The notes: generated by a model from the letters alone, not told the origin. Counted from the first letter of the stretch, positions 1-9,066 are shown. The stretch: DNA of 64,000 nucleotides from Candidatus Nomurabacteria bacterium (GCA_020632095.1 JACKGF010000001.1:733366-797365); one strand, 5' to 3'. Made by a program: numbers and translations.

Positions 1-736
1 CTGGTGAGTCTACCCCTCTCACCAAACCAACCGTATTTTTTAATTTGGTAAGATCTGCTTCTGATACATCGCTACCAAATTCTTTACGTAAAACTTGAGA
101 AAGCTGATCGCCACCAATATCAATCGTTGAGGTATACATCAACGTTCCGTGATACACAATTCCGATTCCAGTTCTAGTTTTTCCAAAATCAACTAACATT
201 GTTGCCCCGCTGGCATTTTCTGGAACCACTGCTCTAGCCATAGCTTGAGCTTCCACCTCAAAGGAAACCGGGTGTAAATCAGCCATCACACAAGCATCGT
301 AATACTTCTGAATAGTTTCTTTTGCGTATGCCACCACTGAAACCTGTGCTGTCCTTATCTTGACTTCCTCAGGCAATATCATGTAGTCAAAAAAAACGTC
401 TTTGGAGGGAATTGGAACATTTTCTTCCAATCTAAATTCAAGCAAACCCCTTATTTCTTTCATTGGTGTATTTTGTCTGATTTCAGTTTCAAACAAGTAA
501 GCTCTCTCTTCTGGTAATGACAATCTAACAAACTCTGCCTTAGTTTTTTCCTTAAACTCTTTTAGTACCCCTACTAAATGCTTAGGATCTTCCACTTGAC
601 CCCGATTAACAATCCCGCTTGGAATAGAGATATCTCCCCATTGCTTCAATTTATGAAAAGCTCCCGACCTAGCTGACGGGTGAAAAGAAACATACTTGAG
701 AGAGGTATCAGAAATATCAACCCCTACACAAGGCAT
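1..736 (-). CDS. pilM: Type IV pilus assembly protein PilM (actin-like ATPase), 3'-truncated at window edge
   Basis: Hand translation of minus strand from ATG at 734-736: MPCVGVDISDTSLKYVSF...MLVDFGKTRTGIGIVYHGTLMYTSTIDIGGDQLSQVLRKEFGSDVSEADLTKLKN, matching the PilM actin-fold pattern (IDIGG...FG.S...AE..K). Not in the ORF track because it runs off the window. Confidence 0.7.
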   Translation of the reverse strand, partial: MPCVGVDISDTSLKYVSFHPSARSGAFHKLKQWGDISIPSGIVNRGQVEDPKHLVGVLKEFKEKTKAEFVRLSLPEERAYLFETEIRQNTPMKEIRGLLEFRLEENVPIPSKDVFFDYMILPEEVKIRTAQVSVVAYAKETIQKYYDACVMADLHPVSFEVEAQAMARAVVPENASGATMLVDFGKTRTGIGIVYHGTLMYTSTIDIGGDQLSQVLRKEFGSDVSEADLTKLKNTVGLVRGVDSP

Positions 737-831
737 AGTGAGGTAGGTTGGTGGTGGGATTAGTCGCGAAAGAACTGACAACATATATCACTAGTATACG
801 CTGTTATAGTCTTATATTCGATACTAGCAAC

Positions 832-1446
832 TCACATCTTTAGCCAAATATAAAAACCAACTAGAATCAATACGATAATTGATACTAGACCTAAATATCG
901 TTTAGCATAAGAAATAGCTAATGGCCCAAATCGGTACACACTATAACCAACAATTATGTATCTCAAACCCCTACCAACAATAGAAGCTGCAATAAATACA
1001 AGCAAACTTCCGTTTAGTACTGCCACTACCCAAGCCACGATAGTATATGGAATTGGTGTAACTGCTCCCATTATTGTTAATACAAAAGTGTTGGCTTGGT
1101 TTGAAACCACCATAGACTGAAATTGTTCAAGCATGGTTGGTGTCATGAATTTCAAGATCACTTCAAAAAACAAGGCCGCACTAAAATACGCAAACACTCC
1201 TCCCAACACTGAAAAAGTTGTTGTTAAAAATACAATCCTTCCAACTTTTGCCCGATTAGCCAAAACTGCTGCTACTAAAAAAGGATCAGTTAATATAGGT
1301 AAAGGGAGGGCAGCTTCGATGAATGAAATAGTAGAGATCATCCACAAACCAGACCGCGAACCAAGCAGCTTCTGAGCCTTACCAACTGTATCGGTTGCCA
1401 AAACCTTCTCTACCTCAACATTAAGTTTTTTTGACTGAAAAAACAT
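832..1446 (-). CDS. DedA/YqaA-family (VTT/SNARE-associated domain) membrane protein
   Basis: 204-aa polytopic membrane protein. N-terminal amphipathic region followed by hydrophobic helices, typical of the YqaA/DedA pattern. Confidence 0.45.
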   Translation of the reverse strand: MFFQSKKLNVEVEKVLATDTVGKAQKLLGSRSGLWMISTISFIEAALPLPILTDPFLVAAVLANRAKVGRIVFLTTTFSVLGGVFAYFSAALFFEVILKFMTPTMLEQFQSMVVSNQANTFVLTIMGAVTPIPYTIVAWVVAVLNGSLLVFIAASIVGRGLRYIIVGYSVYRFGPLAISYAKRYLGLVSIIVLILVGFYIWLKM

Positions 1447-1450
1447 TTAC

Positions 1451-1780
1451 TTATTTTATCAAGGTTCCGGGAGGAAGTGGGTTACTGGGATTCAATAAGG
1501 AAAAGACCCTCTCTTCACTACCAGCTAATATCATTCCTTGACTTTCTAGGCCCCGAATAACACGGGTTTCTAGATTAGTTAAAAAGGGACACTGCATTCC
1601 AACCAACTTTTCTGGCTCCGGAAAAAATTCTCTAATTCCAGACACAATCTGTCTTGGTGTCTCTTCCCCAACATCGACACTTAGTTTTAGTAGACGATCG
1701 GCCTCGGGCACGATTTCTGCCGACAAAATAGTGCCGATTTTTATTTCTAATTCTGAAAACTGACTGTATGTAATAGACAT
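1451..1780 (-). CDS. tRNA-binding domain protein (CsaA/MetG C-terminal-like)
   Basis: 109 aa. IKIGTILSAEIVPEADRLLKLSVDVGEE...QIVSGI...LVGMQ...NLETRVIRGLESQGMIL matches the tRNA-binding (EMAP/CsaA) fold signature. Confidence 0.6.
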   Translation of the reverse strand: MSITYSQFSELEIKIGTILSAEIVPEADRLLKLSVDVGEETPRQIVSGIREFFPEPEKLVGMQCPFLTNLETRVIRGLESQGMILAGSEERVFSLLNPSNPLPPGTLIK

Positions 1781-1783
1781 AAA

Positions 1784-2158
1784 TTACTGTTTATTTCTGG
1801 TAATAAAACTATCTAGAATTAAAGCGGCTGCGGCGGCATCTGTCTGCTGATTGCGACCTTGTATCCGTGCAGCCTGCTGGGTGGAATATTGTTCTGGCTC
1901 CAAATGGACCGGAATACCAACCGCCAAGGTAATATCCATCATAAATTCTTCAACTAGCTTATGAACATCATTGGGCTTTCCTTCATTGTCTAACGACATC
2001 CCAATCACTAACTCTTTAACCTTTCGCTTATTAATAAGTGTCTCCATATATTTCAGCAAGTTTTTATCGTTTGGAATTACCTCGTGAGGAAAGGCCATTA
2101 CGCCAGATTCATCGGTCAAAGCAATACCAATTTTCTTAGTGCCAAAATCTATACCCAT
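1784..2158 (-). CDS. ruvX: Holliday junction resolvase-like protein RuvX/YqgF
   Basis: MGIDFGTKKIGIALTDESGVMAFP...ELVIGMSLDNEG...VHLEPEQYSTQQAARIQ...DAAAAALILDSFI is the YqgF pattern. Start set to the internal ATG (cat at 2156-2158). Confidence 0.75.
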   Translation of the reverse strand: MGIDFGTKKIGIALTDESGVMAFPHEVIPNDKNLLKYMETLINKRKVKELVIGMSLDNEGKPNDVHKLVEEFMMDITLAVGIPVHLEPEQYSTQQAARIQGRNQQTDAAAAALILDSFITRNKQ

Positions 2159-2238
2159 TCGTTGCATAAAAACTAGCATACCACGCAATTATTAATTGCG
2201 GGAATAATTAGTCCATTTAAACCATAGGTTAAACCCTG

Positions 2239-2275
2239 CTTTGCAAAAAGCTCCCAAGGGGAGCTTTTTGCAAAG
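2239..2275. terminator. Perfect 16-bp-arm hairpin (bidirectional terminator candidate) downstream of yceI-like gene
   Basis: ctttgcaaaaagctccc-aagg-ggagctttttgcaaag. Confidence 0.5.
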
Positions 2276-2295
2276 ATAAACTTATGACAAATTAT

Positions 2296-3006
2296 TTATT
2301 GTTGTTTTTCTGCCACCAAATCAAAAGATAGAGCGACCATATCAGAAATCGCATTATCAGCTAGATCATCAAAGAATGAACCTGAACCAGCCGTAATCCC
2401 CCACTTAGTGCGGTCGAATTCAAAGTCAGCTAACGCATGCAATTTTCCGCTTTCATCTTGATAAACCGTTGCTGGAAAAACAATTTCGTGAGTCTGTCCT
2501 TTCATCGTTAATTCACCTTGAATCTCGTAAGTAAAGTCAGTAGCGACATTTTCACTTGGAGTTGCCTTCACAATCTCAAATGAAGCGTTGGGATAATTTT
2601 CAACATCAAACCAACCCTCTCCTTTGAGATGACCTTCAAGCATAGATTCTTTCCCTGGCTTCGTCGGAGTATTTGAAACTGAAAGTGAATTCATATCAAT
2701 TCCAAACATACCATTAGCCGTTCCGTCTATAGATTCAATATTTCCATCAGTCAAAGCCAGTGAACCACTATTTATATAACCTTCAATTAGTGGCTTCTTC
2801 CCCGCCCAATGTACACTACTCTGATCTAGAATAACGGTGTATGAACCATCAGCTACCACTGCCTTTTTACCTTCATCCGGCACAAAACCAGTTTCCTTAT
2901 CTGATGTTAATCCATCAATATCCTTAGGAGCACCACTTGGTGTCCAAGCAATAAACACCACTAGTCCCAACACCACCAATCCAACAATTCCAAATATTAC
3001 TTTCAT
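2296..3006 (-). CDS. YceI-like periplasmic/lipid-binding protein
   Basis: Signal/TM N-terminus, then HLKGEGWFDVENYPNASFEIVKA ... ELTMKGQTHEIVFPATV, characteristic of the YceI family. Confidence 0.65.
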   Translation of the reverse strand: MKVIFGIVGLVVLGLVVFIAWTPSGAPKDIDGLTSDKETGFVPDEGKKAVVADGSYTVILDQSSVHWAGKKPLIEGYINSGSLALTDGNIESIDGTANGMFGIDMNSLSVSNTPTKPGKESMLEGHLKGEGWFDVENYPNASFEIVKATPSENVATDFTYEIQGELTMKGQTHEIVFPATVYQDESGKLHALADFEFDRTKWGITAGSGSFFDDLADNAISDMVALSFDLVAEKQQ

Positions 3007-3128
3007 AACCCCGCTTAATTTAATTAGTTAACTTTATTCATTATACGTAAAATATTCGATTTTGTGTCAAATTATGTTTAGCTAGCAGGAGCACTAGAAA
3101 AGCTGGCTTACGCCAGCCATTCTATTTG

Positions 3129-3200
3129 TGCTCCCGCCAGGAATCGAACCTGGAGCACCGGTACCGCAAACCGATATTTTATCCATTAAACCACGGGAGC
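3129..3200 (-). tRNA. tRNA-Arg (anticodon GCG by hand folding)
   Basis: RC = GCTCCCG TG GTTT AATGGATA AAAT A TCGGT TTGCGGT ACCGG TGCT CCAGG TTCGATT CCTGG CGGGAGC A. 7-bp acceptor stem, canonical T-loop TTCGATT, anticodon loop TTGCGGT. Confidence 0.6.
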
Positions 3201-3317
3201 AAACGTCGACGATATTACCACAGATATTATACAATGTCACTTAAATTAAAAAAATCAACCGTTAATTGATTGATTTTTTAATCCCCTAGCACTAAAAATA
3301 TTCTAGCAATTTCCGAC

Positions 3318-3788
3318 CTAAACTCCCAATAATTCCAGCACCTTAATAAGCAATGACTCGTTTAGTTCTTCTTCTTGTAATTTTTCTTTTAGGATAGTCT
3401 CTATGTCATCAATGTTTTCTTTCGGTATAGACATAACTAACAACGGCATAAGCTTCTTGTTAGACTTAATCAACAACTGCGGACCATGAGGATTATCTTC
3501 GTCTATATAATAACTATCGAGAGTCGAAAAAGGGTGTAATCTATCTTCAATCTTAACTCCCCTAACTGAAACTGAATAAGGCACGATAGAAGGTCGCTTG
3601 GCGGCCGAAACAGCCAAGGCCCCTCCAGCTAAGCCAATAAGTAACGCAAATAAAACATTATCGAATAATATTGCTGCCACCACCATTGCAACAATGATAA
3701 TTGCCAAAGCAAAAAACCAGTCATTACCTTTTTCTACATGATGGTGTTCTGGGGCTTCCCAGGAAATACTACGTGGTGTTGGTTCCAT
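3318..3788 (-). CDS. Hypothetical membrane protein
   Basis: 156-aa ORF with two predicted TM helices (FFALAIIIVAMVVAAILF / LFALLIGLAGGALAV). No recognisable family. Confidence 0.35.
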   Translation of the reverse strand: MEPTPRSISWEAPEHHHVEKGNDWFFALAIIIVAMVVAAILFDNVLFALLIGLAGGALAVSAAKRPSIVPYSVSVRGVKIEDRLHPFSTLDSYYIDEDNPHGPQLLIKSNKKLMPLLVMSIPKENIDDIETILKEKLQEEELNESLLIKVLELLGV

Positions 3789-3932
3789 TTCTGAAATTGT
3801 AACACGCTTAAGGTGTACATTTAACCCGTCTTCTGTTACTATCTTTTTCGAATTGGTAGTATACTACCAACCTCTGAGGATATAAGAAGGATCCCTTTCC
3901 AACTTAAACCACAGATATAATTAAATATAATT

Positions 3933-4019
3933 GGAGGGATGGCTGAGTGGTTGAAGGCGGCGGTCTTGAAAACCGTTAAGGGTGAAAGCTCTTCGAGGGT
4001 TCGAATCCCTCTCCCTCCG
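3933..4019 (+). tRNA. tRNA-Ser (anticodon TGA), long variable arm
   Basis: GGAGGGA TG GCTG AGTGGTTGA AGGC G GCGGT CTTGAAA ACCGT + long variable arm + GAGGG TTCGAAT CCCTC TCCCTCC G. Acceptor 7/7 paired. Confidence 0.85.
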
Positions 4020-4031
4020 CTCGTTGAAAAT

Positions 4032-4055
4032 ACCACCTTTTTGGTGGTTATTTTC
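4032..4055 (+). terminator. Rho-independent terminator after tRNA-Ser
   Basis: accacc-ttttt-ggtggt followed by tattttc. Confidence 0.55.
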
Positions 4056-4210
4056 TTGGGCGGAGGGAAGCAAGCAAATTGCTTTGCTTGCGGGAGGGAT
4101 GAGAAAGACGGAAACATGTCGCACGGAGCGTAGCGAGTACGACAGTTGAGTCGGGGTCGCGAAAAATTTTCACCGAAAATTTATTTGTGACAGAATCCCT
4201 CTCCCTCCTC
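4056..4210 (+). repeat. Copy of a hairpin repeat family shared with the tRNA-Lys locus, containing a tRNA-Ser-derived pseudo-tRNA
   Basis: Perfect 9-bp hairpin GCAAGCAAA-ttgc-TTTGCTTGC (4070-4091), also present at 27352-27373. ggagggatg at 4093-4101 repeats the tRNA-Ser 5' end. gaatccctctccctcc at 4193-4208 repeats its 3' end (4003-4018). gagtcggggtcg...gcgaaaaatt...gtgac is similar to units at 27.4-27.9 kb. Confidence 0.6.
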
Positions 4211-4298
4211 CCGAAGTACTTGTTATCGGTAGACCTTAATCCTATATTCATAGATCTAGAATAGAAGTCGTTTCGAACTTTGGTATAGTAATAGAACT

Positions 4299-4829
4299 AT
4301 GCAAGAAGAATTTGAGTTAACTTTTTTAGCGAAAAAACTACCAGAGGGGTTTTCAAAGAATTTCCCCGCAAAAGAAATTTTAGATATTTATATTCCTAAA
4401 AATGTTGAGCACTCTATTTTACGTATTCGTAAAAATGGTGACTCTTATGAAATAACAAAAAAGCAACCGGTATCAGGAACTGATTCATCACACCAGACGG
4501 AAAATACAATCCCTCTTTCTGAGGAAGAATTTAAGGATTTATCCGAACTGCCTGGCAAACGTCTTCGTAAAATTCGTTACTACTATTCTGAGAATGAAAC
4601 TGATTATGAAATAGATGTTTTCAAAGATGATCTCGAGGGATTAGTGGTGGTTGATGTTGAATTCGATTCAAATGAGCTTAAAGCAAAATTCACTGCTCCA
4701 GACTGGGTTCTAGCTGATGTGACACAGGATAAATTTATCGCTGGAGGAATGCTTTGTGGTAGGTCGTATACTGATATTGAGCCAGAACTTCAATCACGAG
4801 GTTATCGAAAGATAACCCTTGAAGACTAA
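4299..4829 (+). CDS. CYTH-domain (triphosphate tunnel metalloenzyme) protein
   Basis: 176 aa. N-terminal FELTFLAKKLP... and C-terminal VVVDVEFDS match the CYTH pattern. Confidence 0.6.
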   Translation: MQEEFELTFLAKKLPEGFSKNFPAKEILDIYIPKNVEHSILRIRKNGDSYEITKKQPVSGTDSSHQTENTIPLSEEEFKDLSELPGKRLRKIRYYYSENETDYEIDVFKDDLEGLVVVDVEFDSNELKAKFTAPDWVLADVTQDKFIAGGMLCGRSYTDIEPELQSRGYRKITLED

Positions 4830-4847
4830 AGACTTAGTATCGGATGA

Positions 4848-4872
4848 CCAAGGTTCGAACCCTTCTCGCTCA
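4848..4872 (+). other. tRNA 3'-half-like fragment (T-arm plus acceptor 3' strand), diverged copy of the tRNA-Ser 3' end
   Basis: caaGGTTCGAACCCTTCTCGCTCAc versus the tRNA-Ser 3' end GGTTCGAATCCCTCTCCCTCCg. No matching 5' acceptor strand upstream. Confidence 0.45.
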
Positions 4873-4933
4873 CTTCACCCACAACCCTGACCAATCTTAG
4901 TGTTTTTTATTATGTGGCTATATAATTACTTGA

Positions 4934-6226
4934 ATGAATTCATTAAATTTTCTTTTTATTTCTTTTTCAGGTCTCCATGTTGATTTAGCTTGGCATGTTC
5001 AAAAAGAAGGTCACGCGGTTAAGTACTATATTAGAGACAAGTCTGATCTGACTGTCGGTGATGGATTTGTTAATAAAGTAACTGACTGGAAAGCAGAGGT
5101 TGACTGGGCAGACATCATTATATTTGACGATGTTCTTGGTCAGGGTGAAATGGCTGAAAAATTGCGCAAACAAGGAAAATTAGTTGTAGGAGGCACTAGA
5201 TACACCGACAAACTTGAGGACGATCGTTCGTTTGGACAAGATGAATTAAAAAAACTCAAAGTAGGAATTTTACCCTACAAAGAGTTTACAGACTTTGATA
5301 CAGCTATCACTTATGTAAAAGAACATCCTGATGAATACGTAATCAAACCAAGTGGTGAAGCACAAAATATCAAACGGCTACTATTCGTTGGGGTGGAAGA
5401 AGACGGTTCTGATGTGTTAAGAATGCTTGAAGCGTACAAAAAAGTCTGGAGTAAGGTTATTAAAGTTTTTCAGTTACAAAAGAAAGTGAACGGCGTTGAA
5501 GTGGGGATAGGCGCCTTTTTCAACGGTAAAAAGTTTGTTGAGCCAATTAACATTAATTTTGAACACAAGAAACTATTTCCTGGTAACGTCGGTCCAGCAA
5601 CCGGAGAGATGGGCACGAGTATGTTTTGGAGTGCACCTAATAAACTCTTTGCAAAGACGTTAAAAAAAATGGAGTCCAAACTAGCCGAGGAAGGATTTGT
5701 TGGCTACATTGATATCAACACCATTGTAAATGGTAATGGGTTATATCCGCTCGAGTTCACTTCCCGCTTTGGATATCCTACTATCCAAATACAAACTGAC
5801 AGCATGACAACCCCAGTCGGTGAATTTTTGTATAACTTAGCTTCCGGTCACGACAATCCATTCAAAGTACGTAAAGGATTTTCAGTTGGAGTACGAATGG
5901 TTGCTCCTCCCTATCCGTATGGTGACCAAAAGATTTTTGACTCTCACTCAAAAGATGCGGTCATCGTATTCAAAAAACCTGGCAAAGAAGGTATCCATAT
6001 CCATGATGTTCGTGATGTGAATGGAGTTTGGTCACTTACTGGAAAATCTGGCTTGGCGTTAGTGGTGGTTGGACAGGGGCTAACAATGCAACAAGCCAAA
6101 CAACAAGCCTACCGTCGGATTCAAAATATTTTAATTCCTAATGTTTATTATCGGAGTGATATTTCAGACCGTTGGGCAGAAGACAGCGACAAATTACACA
6201 GCTGGGGTTACCTACACGAGTTATAG
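4934..6226 (+). CDS. PurD-like ATP-grasp enzyme (phosphoribosylamine--glycine ligase family)
   Basis: N-terminus SGLHVDLAWHVQKEG resembles PurD GGREHALAW. HKKLFPGNVGPATGEMGT resembles the PurD GPNTGGMG loop. C-terminal EFTSRFGYP resembles EFNCRFGDPE. Confidence 0.55.
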   Translation: MNSLNFLFISFSGLHVDLAWHVQKEGHAVKYYIRDKSDLTVGDGFVNKVTDWKAEVDWADIIIFDDVLGQGEMAEKLRKQGKLVVGGTRYTDKLEDDRSFGQDELKKLKVGILPYKEFTDFDTAITYVKEHPDEYVIKPSGEAQNIKRLLFVGVEEDGSDVLRMLEAYKKVWSKVIKVFQLQKKVNGVEVGIGAFFNGKKFVEPININFEHKKLFPGNVGPATGEMGTSMFWSAPNKLFAKTLKKMESKLAEEGFVGYIDINTIVNGNGLYPLEFTSRFGYPTIQIQTDSMTTPVGEFLYNLASGHDNPFKVRKGFSVGVRMVAPPYPYGDQKIFDSHSKDAVIVFKKPGKEGIHIHDVRDVNGVWSLTGKSGLALVVVGQGLTMQQAKQQAYRRIQNILIPNVYYRSDISDRWAEDSDKLHSWGYLHEL

Positions 6227-6433
6227 TGAAGTAATTCCCTAAAGTGAAGACAAGGAATCATTATTTTCTCCATGCCCCTTTCTATCTTAATTTTGAAAGT
6301 GTAATTAATAATGATGAAGGTAGTCAATTTAAATGGTTTTAATTATCTGAAAGACCAGACAACATGACCTTCCCTGTTCACTATCGACTAAATCAAGAAA
6401 CAGCAACAAAGAAACTTTTATCTTAAAGACACC

Positions 6434-7237
6434 TTACTTATGAGCCTTTGAGGAAAACCAGAGACCGTCAAAAAGAGCTTGCATGGTGTCTTTATGTTCT
6501 TGAGAAACCATTAATATACAGTAACTATTTTTAACTGATGAAATATATAGGGTTTTATCATCAAACAAAAAAATAGTAGTCTTGAATTTATCTCTCATAA
6601 TCTTGGGCAGTACTCGTACCTCAGAAGAGTCATCATAATATTTTTTTAGCAACTTACTATCAACAGAATCATCCCAGAGATTTTTGGCTTGGATGTTTCT
6701 CTTAATCCGTTCGTTGATAAACTTAAGTGCAAATTCCTCCCCGACTTGCCAGAAAAAGTTATCTTTTGGAGCGATAGAATACAACTTCTTACTGCGACAA
6801 TACAGAGATTCCATCGCCACCCTACGCACCGCCTCTTTACCCTCAAAAAAAGAAACGGTTGGTTTTTCTAAACCGGAAATAGTTTGTGCTTGTAGTGCTG
6901 GAATTAATTCCAGTATCTCATCTTTTAAATGCGTAGCTTGAGTTTCTTTTTCTTCCGCAATTACTGACAACTGCTCAATGGAGTTGAGAGCAAAACCTAC
7001 CCCTTCACTACCAGTTCGACTGACCAAACCACGCTTTTCCAAGCTCCCCAACGCATAATAAACCGTTGGTCTTTTAATCTCTGTAACTTTCACTAAGTCA
7101 CGTGCTGAGACCGCACCAGCCACCATAGCCAAGTACACTGTCACCTCAGAATCACTGAGTCCAAGCTTTAAAAGATGATGTTTATATTCATTCATATTTA
7201 ACCAAGTTGTATAATCGTTATTATACACGATTGACAC
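6434..7237 (-). CDS. TrmB-family HTH transcriptional regulator
   Basis: N-terminal LGLSDSEVTVYLAMVAGAVSARDLVKVTEIKRPTVYYALGSLEKRGLV is a winged HTH typical of TrmB. A C-terminal effector domain follows. Confidence 0.55.
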   Translation of the reverse strand: MSIVYNNDYTTWLNMNEYKHHLLKLGLSDSEVTVYLAMVAGAVSARDLVKVTEIKRPTVYYALGSLEKRGLVSRTGSEGVGFALNSIEQLSVIAEEKETQATHLKDEILELIPALQAQTISGLEKPTVSFFEGKEAVRRVAMESLYCRSKKLYSIAPKDNFFWQVGEEFALKFINERIKRNIQAKNLWDDSVDSKLLKKYYDDSSEVRVLPKIMRDKFKTTIFLFDDKTLYISSVKNSYCILMVSQEHKDTMQALFDGLWFSSKAHK

Positions 7238-7292
7238 TTTACTTCAATTCACCTATTCTCATGGGAGATAGCTCATTGAAAGGAGAAAAATC

Positions 7293-7886
7293 ATGCAAGT
7301 TATCGGCTTGACTGGAAATATCGGTTGCGGGAAAAGTACGGTCTCTTCCCTACTCTCACGACTTCCCCAAGTACTTGTAGTTGATTCTGATAGTTTAGCT
7401 AAAACTATTCTGTCTGATCAGCGCCATAAAAATTCATTGCAGAAAATTCTTGGTGAAGAGGTTTTTGAATCAGATACAATTAATTTTAAACGAGTAGCTC
7501 AGATTATTTTCCACAACAAACTAACCCGCGTGAAACTTGAAAAATTCATTCACCCTTTGGTTTGGACCAGCATAGACAAAATAGTTAAAGAAACACCAAG
7601 CAACACCTTAGTCATAGTTGAGTCCGCCATCATCTATGAAACCAAAATGGAATCATATTTTGGTGGAATAATTGTGGTCACTTGCCCAACAGATGTGCAA
7701 TTTTCCAGACTCACTACATTTAGAGGAATGAGTTCTGAGCAAATAAAAGCTCGTCTTAGTCAGCAGATTAGTTCAGCTGAAAAAGTCGTTCGAGCTAATT
7801 ATGTAATCGATACCGACTGCACACTAGATGAACTCAAACAACGTGTCTTCAATCTATATAAACAAATCAAAGGAGGACAATCATGA
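7293..7886 (+). CDS. coaE: Dephospho-CoA kinase
   Basis: MQVIGLTGNIGCGKSTVSSLL P-loop and overall CoaE pattern. Its TGA stop overlaps the coaD ATG (ATGA). Confidence 0.8.
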   Translation: MQVIGLTGNIGCGKSTVSSLLSRLPQVLVVDSDSLAKTILSDQRHKNSLQKILGEEVFESDTINFKRVAQIIFHNKLTRVKLEKFIHPLVWTSIDKIVKETPSNTLVIVESAIIYETKMESYFGGIIVVTCPTDVQFSRLTTFRGMSSEQIKARLSQQISSAEKVVRANYVIDTDCTLDELKQRVFNLYKQIKGGQS

Positions 7887-8395
7887 AGAGAGCAATTTAC
7901 GCTGGGACTTTTGATCCAGTCACCAATGGTCATCTTTGGATGATAATACAAGCCAATCGTTTATTTGATGAAGTGGTAGTTGCAATCGGAAAAAACCCTG
8001 ATAAAAAAACTTTATTCTCGCTCGAAGAAAGACTGGAGATACTCAGGGAAGCAACTTCAAAATTAAATAACGTTCGCATCACCTCATTTGAAAATCAGTA
8101 CTTGATTGATTTTGCTATTCAGGAGGGGGCGGGATTTATCATCCGAGGAATTCGCAACAGTCACGACTACGCCTACGAGCAGGCTATCCGCAATGTGAAC
8201 GAGGACATCAACCCCAACATCACAACCGTCTTCCTCACTCCGCCACGAAACCTAGCTGAAGTTAGCTCCAGCTTGGTAAAAGGATTAATCGGACCAACTG
8301 GTTGGGAAAAATTGGTTTCAACTTATGTTCCTAGTACAGTTCTCCAACGATTCAAAATTCGGCAGGCACACCAACGATCATCCTTGCGGGAGTAA
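7883..8395 (+). CDS. coaD: Phosphopantetheine adenylyltransferase
   Basis: AIYAGTFDPVTNGHLWMI (T/HxGH nucleotidyltransferase motif) and CoaD-like length. Confidence 0.85.
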   Translation: MKRAIYAGTFDPVTNGHLWMIIQANRLFDEVVVAIGKNPDKKTLFSLEERLEILREATSKLNNVRITSFENQYLIDFAIQEGAGFIIRGIRNSHDYAYEQAIRNVNEDINPNITTVFLTPPRNLAEVSSSLVKGLIGPTGWEKLVSTYVPSTVLQRFKIRQAHQRSSLRE

Positions 8396-8397
8396 TA

Positions 8398-9027
8398 ATG
8401 AACAAACAAAAACTGAGAAAGCGTTGGCTGAGTTTGATGAAACAATCGGGGATACAAACTGGAGTGAGCGATGTATACAAAGATATTGTCAATCACTACA
8501 GTGAGCAACACCGACATTATCACAATCTGGTTCACATCTATGATGCCCTGCTTGAATTTGATGAGAGTAAACAGTTAGCACAAAATCCTTTAGCAGTTGA
8601 ATTGGCGATTTGGTTTCATGACATTATCTACGACACCAAAGCCTCAAACAATGAGGAGAGGAGCGCAGATTTCACCTATGAAACTCTGGACGGATTAGGG
8701 TTTACTAAAACAGTTTGTGAATTGGTCAGCCAGATGATTGTCGCTACCAAACATGATTGCAAACCGTCTGATTCTGACACTGAACTCTTGATTGATATTG
8801 ATCTATCCATCCTTGGACAGCCCCCTAAAAGATTTACTTCTTACGAGCGGGAAGTTCGAGCAGAATACGTTTGGGTGTCTGATCTGGATTTCAAGGAAAG
8901 ACGTTCAGTCATTCTAAATTTGTTCTTAGCTCGAAAAAAAATTTACTCGACTGACTTACTCCATAAGAAGTACGAGAGAAAAGCTCGAGAAAATATTCGT
9001 TGGTCAATCCAGCGTTTAACCCAATGA
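8398..9027 (+). CDS. HD-superfamily metal-dependent phosphohydrolase (COG4339-like)
   Basis: HRHYHNLVHIYDAL ... AIWFHDIIYD are the paired His/Asp motifs of this HD subfamily. Confidence 0.5.
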   Translation: MNKQKLRKRWLSLMKQSGIQTGVSDVYKDIVNHYSEQHRHYHNLVHIYDALLEFDESKQLAQNPLAVELAIWFHDIIYDTKASNNEERSADFTYETLDGLGFTKTVCELVSQMIVATKHDCKPSDSDTELLIDIDLSILGQPPKRFTSYEREVRAEYVWVSDLDFKERRSVILNLFLARKKIYSTDLLHKKYERKARENIRWSIQRLTQ

Positions 9028-9034
9028 TTTACCG

Positions 9035-9066
9035 GGCCTGTGTAGCGAGCTACACAGGCCTTTTTG
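9035..9066 (+). terminator. Rho-independent terminator
   Basis: ggcctgtgtagc-gagc-tacacaggcc followed by ttttt. Confidence 0.65.

Noticed and set aside
3839-4251. Overlapping ORFs on both strands (3839..4117, 3921..4124, 3939..4133, 4048..4251) across the tRNA-Ser region
   Set aside because: They are read through the tRNA gene, its terminator and the hairpin repeat. They have no RBS, overlap each other in different frames, and their composition reflects RNA structure.
4848-4872. Considered tmRNA (ssrA) 3' tRNA-like end (T-arm GGTTCGAAC plus acceptor strand)
   Set aside because: The matching 5' acceptor strand would fall inside the CYTH coding sequence, and no tag-peptide reading frame is visible. 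It is better explained as a tRNA-Ser 3' fragment.
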